From positions 1-21,306 of the forward strand of contig JBBIPC010000034.1 in assembly GCA_037443035.1 (NCBI GenBank): a stretch of DNA of 21,306 bases, written 5' to 3'. The first letter of the stretch is position 1; each line of letters begins with the position of its first letter. Source of the DNA: Chthonomonadales bacterium (GTDB lineage Bacteria; Armatimonadota; Chthonomonadetes; Chthonomonadales; CAJBBX01). Below are positions 1 to 7,217 of the stretch, one piece after another. The position numbers and the translations under genes were made by a program. The notes under the pieces were generated by a model, which was not told the origin of the DNA, made no database searches, and saw nothing but the letters and a program-made list of their open reading frames with translations.

Positions 1-53
1 CGGTGAGATATCTGGAGGTGGTTCGACGTTGGCGCACGGTCATCCTGCCGTGG

Positions 54-1055
54 CTAGCGGACGAACCCCAGCTCCCAGCGCGATATGCCATGCAGGAACA
101 GCCTGGCCCTCTGTCCTGCTTCCTTGTCCGTGCCTCCTCTGTCCAGCCCCACAACCTGGGGGTACCAACCAGGCCGGTAGGGAGGGGCCAGGATCTTCAC
201 TGGCGCCGACCAGCTCATCGGGCGGGAGATATCGCGACAGAACGACATGTAGACGCCTTCTTGTGTCCAATCCTTGTCCGTTGCTCGGTTCAGGAGCATG
301 ACCCAGCACCGCAGGTAGGTGTTCCAATGAACCGATGGTCCCCAGAAAGCATCAGCGTCCTTCCGATGCCAGTCCACTCGAGCGGGGAAGATGGGGGTGA
401 GTCTCCCACCCAGACCAGGCTGCGACCACTTGCCACCATGCCACTTTCGGAGCTTGCCCACTGGGTTCCCTCGCTCTGCGAACGGCATTCGAGCCACGGC
501 TACGCCCTGTTCCTCGAAGTCGCCGTATGCGCTGAAGAAGACGTAGAGCCACTGCTTCTGGCGGTCGGGTATGACGCAGAAGTCCCCGTTGCCGCCCGCG
601 AAATAGAAGTTCTCCGTATCACGACGGAGCGAGTCTGCGGGTGCTTCCAGGATGAAGCCAAGGTCGTGCCACGTAGCTCCGTTATCCCGAGAAACTGCAG
701 CGCCGATTCTCGGGGCGGTCAGGTGACGGTCGGTGACTTCTGGCACAACGCCCACAGGTTCGTTGTGATACCAACCCCAAAGTGTGCCGTCGGCATCGCG
801 CCATGTCGCTTCGATCCATCGCGCACCATTGCACTCGTTGTCATAGCGAACGGCTAGTCCAGTGGTGTCAAGGTGAAAGATGTCAGGGCCGTGGCTCCGA
901 TAGGGCTGGCCGATGCTGTTGAACACGTACAGAGTACCGCGATCCCAGTGCAAAGGGCTGTTGCAGTCGGTGTCGCGAAAACGGATCTCCGGCGCTGGAT
1001 GAACGACAGCGCGTGGCGCGTGAGCGGTGGCAAGCATGGTGCAGGCAAGCAGCAT
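54..1055 (-). CDS. Putative exported Asp-box/beta-propeller glycoside-hydrolase-like protein (333 aa)
   Basis: Start moved from 1106 to ATG 1055, which follows GGAGGAGGAGAGGAC. N-terminus MLLACTMLATAHA is signal-like. Asp-box SRDNGATW; Trp/Gly-rich beta segments (WGPSVHWN, GWYPQV). Confidence 0.6.
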   Translation of the reverse strand: MLLACTMLATAHAPRAVVHPAPEIRFRDTDCNSPLHWDRGTLYVFNSIGQPYRSHGPDIFHLDTTGLAVRYDNECNGARWIEATWRDADGTLWGWYHNEPVGVVPEVTDRHLTAPRIGAAVSRDNGATWHDLGFILEAPADSLRRDTENFYFAGGNGDFCVIPDRQKQWLYVFFSAYGDFEEQGVAVARMPFAERGNPVGKLRKWHGGKWSQPGLGGRLTPIFPARVDWHRKDADAFWGPSVHWNTYLRCWVMLLNRATDKDWTQEGVYMSFCRDISRPMSWSAPVKILAPPYRPGWYPQVVGLDRGGTDKEAGQRARLFLHGISRWELGFVR

Positions 1056-1095
1056 GTCCTCTCCTCCTCCGTCGCTCCTATCGGGCCATCGGTAC

Positions 1096-1905
1096 TTAGA
1101 AACCACGCAATTCCGTGCTGCTGCGCGGTGGAAGTCCTTCGCGCGGAAGGCGCCTCAGGACGATGTATTCGATGCCTCGTGCGCGACAGAACTCCTGTTT
1201 CTCGGGACGATGGCCGTCTTCGTTGACGACATAGCAGTCGGGGCGGATGCGTTCCATGTCTGGCGCCGCATCGAGCCATCCGACGCCTGAGCAGATGAAT
1301 GCCTCGTGGACGTAGCGGACCGATGCCACGGCGTAGCGCCGCTCGTCTTCGGAGAGCATGGGATGCTTCGGACCTTTCAGGGCACGAATCGAGGCGTCGC
1401 GCCCGACGCCCACGTACAAACGCCCGAACGCCGAGGCTTCCTCGAAGAACCTGACGTGGCCGGAATGGAGCCAATCGTAGCAGCCGGTTACCACGACAGT
1501 TCTCTGCCGTGGGTCGGGCCAAGCAGGTACGCTTGGAAACGCATCCAGTACTGCCTCGGGAATGGTAACAGGGCGGATGCGTAGGCCCTCACACACGCTC
1601 CGCCAGGCAGCGGAATCCTCCGGCGCAAGGCGCGCCCACGCAGTTACGTGCGAGAGGTGCTCCTCAGCGGGTACCTCGCTGTCGTCTGGCTCTCCCAGCG
1701 CAGCCTCGGCAACCCACCGCAGGGATCGAATCAGGTAGAGCCGCTCTTCCTGCGGGAATCCCGGGCTGTGACTTGCCAGCCCTGCCACCACGTCGTCGCG
1801 CCAGAGTACCGCACGAACAGGACCGTAACGTGATGCTTCTTGGAGAAACCGGATGTCCCGCGTTCGCAGATTGTCGAAAACGCCAGTTACGAGAATGACA
1901 CTCAT
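1096..1905 (-). CDS. Tandem-domain cytidylyltransferase-like (HxGH) nucleotidyltransferase (269 aa)
   Basis: ATG 1905 overlaps the upstream TGA (ATGA). C-terminal domain VVVTGCYDWLHSGHVRFFEEA...RSSTELR is intact; N-terminal copy ILVTGVFDNLRTRDIRFLQEA...EERLYLIRSLRWV lacks HxGH. Confidence 0.88.
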   Translation of the reverse strand: MSVILVTGVFDNLRTRDIRFLQEASRYGPVRAVLWRDDVVAGLASHSPGFPQEERLYLIRSLRWVAEAALGEPDDSEVPAEEHLSHVTAWARLAPEDSAAWRSVCEGLRIRPVTIPEAVLDAFPSVPAWPDPRQRTVVVTGCYDWLHSGHVRFFEEASAFGRLYVGVGRDASIRALKGPKHPMLSEDERRYAVASVRYVHEAFICSGVGWLDAAPDMERIRPDCYVVNEDGHRPEKQEFCRARGIEYIVLRRLPREGLPPRSSTELRGF

Positions 1906-2699
1906 GCACAACGAATGGTGCAACGAAACGCCCCGGGCACAGGCTGCTCGGAGATGACGACGAGGTAGCCTCCTCCGCAACCGGAGTAGCCGGCGCCCGG
2001 GTAGCGACTCTGGTACCACCGGAGCAACGCCCACAGGTCCAGTTCCAGGGTGGGATGCTCGAAGACGCACGGCAAGAGTGCTCTCCAGCATTCCATGGTG
2101 TCATTGAAGGCTTTTCCCAGCGCCGCCGTATCCTGCGCAAGGATCGCCTCGAAGCACGCGCGACCCGAGTGTCCGAGTGATGCGACCATAGCGGGACTGA
2201 TCCGCTTGACGTCGAGAGGATTGTAGCCCGGCGGTCGCTGGCAGACGGGGATGAGATGAACCACACTTTCCAGCCAGTGGCATACCCCGAGGTCTGTGAC
2301 TGTCTCTACGTGCGCTGGGAATACACCCCCGTGTACGCGAACGTCATAGTCCAGACGGCTGATGCCTGGATAGAGCAGTCCGATCATATCCTGCGAACCG
2401 GAGGGGTCTGGCCTGCCTTCGTTCTCGGCGTAGTACAGCTCACGCACGAGATCGGCCAAGGGCCTGTCGGGGATGCCGCGTGGCCACAGCTTCAGCATTG
2501 CCTTGCGTGTCCCCGTGGCCATGCCGGCCCGTTCCATGAAGCGCACGTTGGGCACCAGAGATACGACGACCATACTGCCCGGAGGATCGGGGTTGTGAGT
2601 GGAGACGAACGGCTGGTCTATCCACCCGCCCGATAGTGCGAGACGGTAGGGTGCCCATCCGATGACGCCGGTCAGGGGAGCATGAGCCGCGCCGGTCAT
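1902..2699 (-). CDS. Divergent GHMP-superfamily sugar kinase, HddA/fucokinase-like (265 aa)
   Basis: ATG 2699 lies 5 nt after the upstream stop. PYRLALSGGWIDQP (motif I), RAGMATGT (degenerate P-loop), SGSQDMIG, and GAGYSGCGGGY (C-terminal Gly loop). Confidence 0.8.
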   Translation of the reverse strand: MTGAAHAPLTGVIGWAPYRLALSGGWIDQPFVSTHNPDPPGSMVVVSLVPNVRFMERAGMATGTRKAMLKLWPRGIPDRPLADLVRELYYAENEGRPDPSGSQDMIGLLYPGISRLDYDVRVHGGVFPAHVETVTDLGVCHWLESVVHLIPVCQRPPGYNPLDVKRISPAMVASLGHSGRACFEAILAQDTAALGKAFNDTMECWRALLPCVFEHPTLELDLWALLRWYQSRYPGAGYSGCGGGYLVVISEQPVPGAFRCTIRCA

Positions 2700-2704
2700 G
2701 ACGG

Positions 2705-3748
2705 CTACCAGCGCTCCTCCACCACTTTCTTGCCGGCCTTCCGATCGTAGTACTGTTGCTCGATCCAGGCGTAGGTCTTCCGCATCCCTTCGCGCAGAGG
2801 CGTACTCGGCTCCCAGCCCAGGATCTGCTCGATGAACGTGTTGTCGCTGTTGCGTCCGGCTACGCCGCGAGGGGCGTCGAGGTCGTACACGCGCCTGAGC
2901 TGGACACCTGCAATCTCCTCCACGATGTCCACAAGCTCGTTGATGGACACCAGCTCGCTGGAGCCCAGGTTGATGGGCGTCGCAATGAGTTCCTCGCAGT
3001 GCATTATCCGATCTATGCCGTAGACGCAATCGTCTATGTAGCAGAAGCTGCGCGTCTGGGTACCGTCGCCCCATATCTCGATGACATCGCTGCCTGCGTC
3101 CTTTGCCTCTATTACCTTGCGGCAGATGGCAGCTGGGGCTTTCTCCCGACCACCGAACCATGTGCCGTGGGGACCATAGACGTTGTGGAACCGCGCAATG
3201 TGTGTCTCCAGGCCGCGCTCTGCCCAGTATTCTTGGCAGAACATCTCGGAAATGAGCTTCTCCCAGCCGTAGCCGCGCTCAGCCATGGCAGGGTATGCGT
3301 CCGACTCCTTGAGTGCACGCACGTTCGGGTCCTTCTGCAGGTCCGTGTTGTACACGCACGCTGAGGAAGCGAAGAAGTAGCGCTGAACACCGGCGCGCCA
3401 TGCCGCTTCGATGAGATGTGTGTTGATGAGAACGCTACGCAGGCACTCCACTCGGAACCGCTCGATGAAACCCATCCCACCCATATCCGCAGCGAAGTTG
3501 TACACCTCGACAGCACCCTCGACCGCACGGACGGCGTTGGCTTTCTCGCTGAGGTCCATGCAAAGGCACTCGACTCCAGGAACCCGCTGGTACCACTCGC
3601 CTACGGGTTTGCGATCTACTGCCCGGATTCGGCGAAAGCCTTGCTCGTGGAAGCGGCGGGTCATGGCACCGCCAATGAAACCGCCTGCACCCGTTACGAC
3701 AATGAGGTCATCCTTACTCAGCACGCGTTCCGCAAGCCGTTCCTCCAT
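2705..3748 (-). CDS. NAD-dependent epimerase, GDP-D-mannose 3',5'-epimerase (GME)-like (347 aa)
   Basis: TGAGGFIG Rossmann motif plus GME-type signatures AADMGGMGFI, SSACVY (catalytic Cys), YGWEK, RFHNVYGP, GGREKAPAA (catalytic Lys), WGDGTQTRSF and GRNSDN. Confidence 0.92.
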   Translation of the reverse strand: MEERLAERVLSKDDLIVVTGAGGFIGGAMTRRFHEQGFRRIRAVDRKPVGEWYQRVPGVECLCMDLSEKANAVRAVEGAVEVYNFAADMGGMGFIERFRVECLRSVLINTHLIEAAWRAGVQRYFFASSACVYNTDLQKDPNVRALKESDAYPAMAERGYGWEKLISEMFCQEYWAERGLETHIARFHNVYGPHGTWFGGREKAPAAICRKVIEAKDAGSDVIEIWGDGTQTRSFCYIDDCVYGIDRIMHCEELIATPINLGSSELVSINELVDIVEEIAGVQLRRVYDLDAPRGVAGRNSDNTFIEQILGWEPSTPLREGMRKTYAWIEQQYYDRKAGKKVVEERW

Positions 3749-3796
3749 CTGTCCAGCCTCCTCTCTATTGCGGACGATCTTCTACCAGCTAGCCCG

Positions 3797-4717
3797 TCAG
3801 GCTTCCGACTCGCTGTTAGCGGCCGTCTCCACCAGAATGGGCTGCGTCCACGCGCAGCGGCCTCCCTCGCCCCAGCATTCGGCACGAAGGTAGTTCTCTT
3901 CACGCCCACCGGCTCGGTAGCTCGCTCTGGGACCTTCTCCCACATGGACCAGCCGCCCCCATCGTCCGTAGAAGCAGATCCGCTGCGCATTGGGGGCGGT
4001 CACGGTCACGTGATCTCCCTCCACCCACACGGATTCGATTTCCACACCGGTGCTGCTGTAGAACCGTCCTTTGGCGAGGGCAGCCACGACTCCTTCCCGA
4101 GTGCGATCCTGGACCTGGGCCACCAGCCAAGCCCGGCCCATCGCAAACTCATGGTGAGCATCGTCATGGGCGAATCCCCATGCCCGAATGCCGATGGAAA
4201 GCAACCGATCCCATCGGTCCGTCGCCAGAGCGCTGCCTTCGAGGAAGTCTACCACGCCGTTGTATATCTCGATGCCCGTGTAACCTCGAAGCGACTCCAT
4301 TTCCGGCTGAGGGAAATGGTTGAAGTGGGTCTCCCAGTTGGGGTGGTTCAGGACAGCAAGACCACCTGCCGAGACGATTGCATCCACGACGGTCTGTCGG
4401 CTCGTGTCTGCGGCGATTGGGACAGCTACGTTGACGGCCAGGATATGGGGACCACCTCCCACTTCGACCCCTGGGATCATTATGAGACCGTCCGGAGAAG
4501 AGACTGGCCAAGTAAGGTGGTCGTGATCCGAAATGCAGAGGAAATCGTAACGGCGAGATGCATAGGCCTCTGCCGTCTGTTCCGGGGACAACTGCCCATC
4601 GCTTCCGGTCGAATGTGCGTGAAGGTTCCCGCGAACCCAGGTGTATCCCTCTGTGAGATAGGGGCAATCGAGCGATATAGTCAAGGTGTCGTGGCTCCGA
4701 ACGGTGTTGGTGGACAC
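3797..4717 (-). CDS. PHP-domain (CehA/McbA-like) metallohydrolase/phosphoesterase
   Basis: PHP metal-binding motifs GNLHAHSTGSDG, ISDHD, GVEV, NHPNW, IEIYN, HDDAH. Start may instead be TTG at 4684 (GGAG about 10 nt upstream). Confidence 0.85.
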   Translation of the reverse strand: MSTNTVRSHDTLTISLDCPYLTEGYTWVRGNLHAHSTGSDGQLSPEQTAEAYASRRYDFLCISDHDHLTWPVSSPDGLIMIPGVEVGGGPHILAVNVAVPIAADTSRQTVVDAIVSAGGLAVLNHPNWETHFNHFPQPEMESLRGYTGIEIYNGVVDFLEGSALATDRWDRLLSIGIRAWGFAHDDAHHEFAMGRAWLVAQVQDRTREGVVAALAKGRFYSSTGVEIESVWVEGDHVTVTAPNAQRICFYGRWGRLVHVGEGPRASYRAGGREENYLRAECWGEGGRCAWTQPILVETAANSESEA

Positions 4718-4929
4718 GAATGAAGGATTGTTCGATGGTTCATCGCCAACATCCTGCGTGAGCCGCTGCTAGGTTCCAGCTGGAGATGCGAAAGCCTACG
4801 GACGATCATGGCCCCCAAGGCGAGAGAGTGCGAATCGCACACTAATGGAGGTGTCCTGACACAAACGGTCGTATTGCAACAGAGTAGCCCTAGTCTGACC
4901 ACGGGGCTGAGATACGGAGGTGCAACTAG

Positions 4930-5430
4930 ATGGGCTGGTCTTCGAAAGTGTTGTTGGCGGCGCTGCTGATGACGGTAGGATGGCCGAGTTTGGCCCAGAA
5001 CAGCGGCGCCGACAGCAAGACATGGATCCTCACTGCAGGTGCGTTCGTGCCGACAGACAAGGATCTATGTGGTGCTGACACGCGCACGGGCTTCACCCTC
5101 GCGGCCTTCCACAGACTGCGCGAGACGGACCGAGACGTGTTCTCGGCTTTCTTCCGGTACTCGCGCTACGACCTGAGCAATGACCAGTGGGTGGAGCTCT
5201 ACAGCCCCATGGTCGAGTATCGCTTGAAATCGAGCCAGACGACATATCTGGCCTTGGCGGCTGGCACGGTGATGGGCGCCAACAACAATGGTGGTCACAC
5301 GTGGAGCGCGGCTTACGAGGTTGGCGCCGGCTGGAACGTGTCCTCGTCGGTACTGCTCGAGGTGCGATGGATGAGAGGAACGAAGCGTGGTGAGCACGGC
5401 ATCGCCATCTCTGCAGGCGTGAGGCTCTAG
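4930..5430 (+). CDS. Small outer-membrane beta-barrel protein (166 aa)
   Basis: GGAGG RBS; signal peptide ending SLA-Q; about 8 alternating amphipathic strands (AYEVGAGWNV, LLEVRW); C-terminal strand IAISAGVRL. Confidence 0.7.
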   Translation: MGWSSKVLLAALLMTVGWPSLAQNSGADSKTWILTAGAFVPTDKDLCGADTRTGFTLAAFHRLRETDRDVFSAFFRYSRYDLSNDQWVELYSPMVEYRLKSSQTTYLALAAGTVMGANNNGGHTWSAAYEVGAGWNVSSSVLLEVRWMRGTKRGEHGIAISAGVRL

Positions 5431-5464
5431 GAAAATGGGCCGCGCACGGAAAGGAGTCGAACCA

Positions 5465-5671
5465 ATGTATCATTACGGAAGATCTCTGCGCCGGTCCCAT
5501 GTCGTGGTGATCGGCGTGTCGCTAGTCCTGGCCTTCCTGCTAGCTGGCTGCGGCGGCGGCAACCTATGCTGCGCGTCCGATACCGGCGGCACTGACGTCA
5601 ACATCTACGGACCCGCGCACGGATCACCGCCTCCTGCGGATCAGGGAGGCGGCACGGGAGGTGCGAAATGA
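5465..5671 (+). CDS. Small lipoprotein (68 aa)
   Basis: AAGGAG RBS before ATG 5465; basic n-region, hydrophobic h-region and lipobox LAG-C followed by GGG; stop overlaps the next ATG (ATGA). Confidence 0.7.
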   Translation: MYHYGRSLRRSHVVVIGVSLVLAFLLAGCGGGNLCCASDTGGTDVNIYGPAHGSPPPADQGGGTGGAK

Positions 5672-6984
5672 GAAACGGTTCTCTGCGTAGCGCAGCTCTT
5701 GCCGTCTCTCTCCTGGGAACCCTGGCTCTAGTGTGGGGCTGTGGCGGAGGTGGAGGCGCGTCTGCAACTCGCATGGCCACGGCCGAATTCAACATTCGCT
5801 GGCCTGACAGTGCAAGCCGGACCATACCGACTGGCACGAATCGTTTCGTCATCTACGTCAATGGGGATGGTATGTCCACCCAGGCCTACGTAGTGGACGT
5901 GCCGAACGCCACCAACCGGACCTATACCTATCGGGTACCCGTTCCGCCCGGCACCAGGAGACTGTTCTCGGCGGTGGCGCGCCAAGTAGCGAGCACGAAG
6001 TACTCCGGTATCACTCCGGTAGCGATCAACAGTGCGGATCTGACTGCGGGAGACGCCCTGGGAGCAGGCATTGACCCGCAGCCATACGACATCGCACCTG
6101 CCACGCGCACTACAGCGAACGTCGAGATTCAGCTTCCGGGCCAGCCAGGAGCGGGCATCACCAACGTGATCGGCAGAGTGAATCAGGTGCTCGCACCGTC
6201 GTTCCCCAGCGTCGCTCTGCTGGGGATCTTCCGCGACCAAGACGGAAACCCGATCACGAATCTTAACATTGCCAACCTCGAGGTGCTGGAGGACGGGATT
6301 CCTGTGGTCATCACGGACGTGCGAACGGTTGGGCAGGCTGGGCAACCTATCTCGGTATGTCTAGTACTGGACCGATCAGGGAGCATGGGCTACCAGGGCA
6401 ATGCGGATCTCGAACAGGCAGCCTCGACATTCGTCAACCTGATGGGTGCCAACGACGCAGGCGAGGTGGTGAACTTCTCCACCAGTGTGAGTGTGGACCA
6501 GCCGTTCACCACGGATAAGAGCCTCCTTCTCGCGGCCATTCAGGGGCGCTCAGCAGGTGGCAGCACGGCACTGTGGAGTGCGGCCTACCAAGGCGTCACC
6601 GACACTGCGCAACGGGGTGGCCGCATGGCGGTCTTGCTCATGACGGATGGCTATGACAACAGCAGCTATCATACGCGGGATCAGGTGATCGCTGCAGCTA
6701 ACGCCGGCGGCGTGCCGATCTTCACGATAGGACTGGGTTCCTCGGTGGATCCCGGTCTGGCAGAAGCAGCCAACCAAACAGGTGGCCTCGCCTTCGTCGC
6801 TCCAACATCGGCGGACCTGGACACGCTGTACCAGAAGATATCCGGACAGCTCAGTGGTCAGATGCAGATCACATTCATCAGCGCAGACCCGATCGCCCAT
6901 ACGCCGCCCAAACAACGGGTCCTGGAAATCCGGCTAAAGTACGGCTCGCTGCAGCAGACTACGACCGCATCATTCAGCATGTAG
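5668..6984 (+). CDS. VWA-domain lipoprotein (438 aa)
   Basis: Lipobox VWG-C-GGGGG; N-terminal beta-rich domain; VWA with complete MIDAS: LVLDRSGSM, GSTAL, LLMTDGYDN; also PIFTIGLG and ANQTGG. Confidence 0.9.
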   Translation: MRNGSLRSAALAVSLLGTLALVWGCGGGGGASATRMATAEFNIRWPDSASRTIPTGTNRFVIYVNGDGMSTQAYVVDVPNATNRTYTYRVPVPPGTRRLFSAVARQVASTKYSGITPVAINSADLTAGDALGAGIDPQPYDIAPATRTTANVEIQLPGQPGAGITNVIGRVNQVLAPSFPSVALLGIFRDQDGNPITNLNIANLEVLEDGIPVVITDVRTVGQAGQPISVCLVLDRSGSMGYQGNADLEQAASTFVNLMGANDAGEVVNFSTSVSVDQPFTTDKSLLLAAIQGRSAGGSTALWSAAYQGVTDTAQRGGRMAVLLMTDGYDNSSYHTRDQVIAAANAGGVPIFTIGLGSSVDPGLAEAANQTGGLAFVAPTSADLDTLYQKISGQLSGQMQITFISADPIAHTPPKQRVLEIRLKYGSLQQTTTASFSM

Positions 6985-7006
6985 TCCGTAGCCGGACGGG
7001 AACAAG

Positions 7007-7050
7007 CGGCCACTTCCTTCTTGCTGGCGACGGCGGGGAGGAAGTGGCCG
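7007..7050 (+). terminator. 20-bp GNRA-capped hairpin after the VWA operon (terminator or 3' stabiliser)
   Basis: CGGCCACTTCCTTCTTGCTG-GCGA-CGGCGGGGAGGAAGTGGCCG. All 4 non-Watson-Crick pairs are G.U on the + strand RNA. The U-tail is weak. Confidence 0.65.
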
Positions 7051-7066
7051 GTTCATTCAAGAAGCA

Positions 7067-7197
7067 GCCTCAGTCACAAGGGCGATGCATCGCCCTTCGA
7101 TGACACACGAAACCCACCTGCGTGGGCCGAGCCCATGCCAGGTCTGGGGTTTCTCCCTCCGCCGGAGGATTCCTCGTCGGGCGGACCTAAGTGAGGC
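7067..7197. repeat. Cluster of palindromes in the convergent intergenic region (REP-like or structured RNA)
   Basis: Perfect 20-bp palindrome AAGGGCGATGCATCGCCCTT (7078-7097); interrupted hairpins at 7109-7153 and 7158-7185. Confidence 0.55.
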
Positions 7198-7217
7198 GCG
7201 TTACAGCTTGAGGCGTT

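Noticed and set aside
3416..4723. 435-aa plus-strand ORF (also 3-857, 8882-9814, 13243-14067 and the minus-strand 19525-20292)
   Set aside because: Antisense shadows of genes with clear family motifs; no recognisable domains; expected in GC-rich DNA.
4770..4812. Possible c-di-GMP-I riboswitch (GATGCGAAAGCCTACGG resembles GACGCAAAGCC)
   Set aside because: No upstream GGCAAAC/GNRA P2 stem or convincing P1; only an Infernal hit would rescue it.
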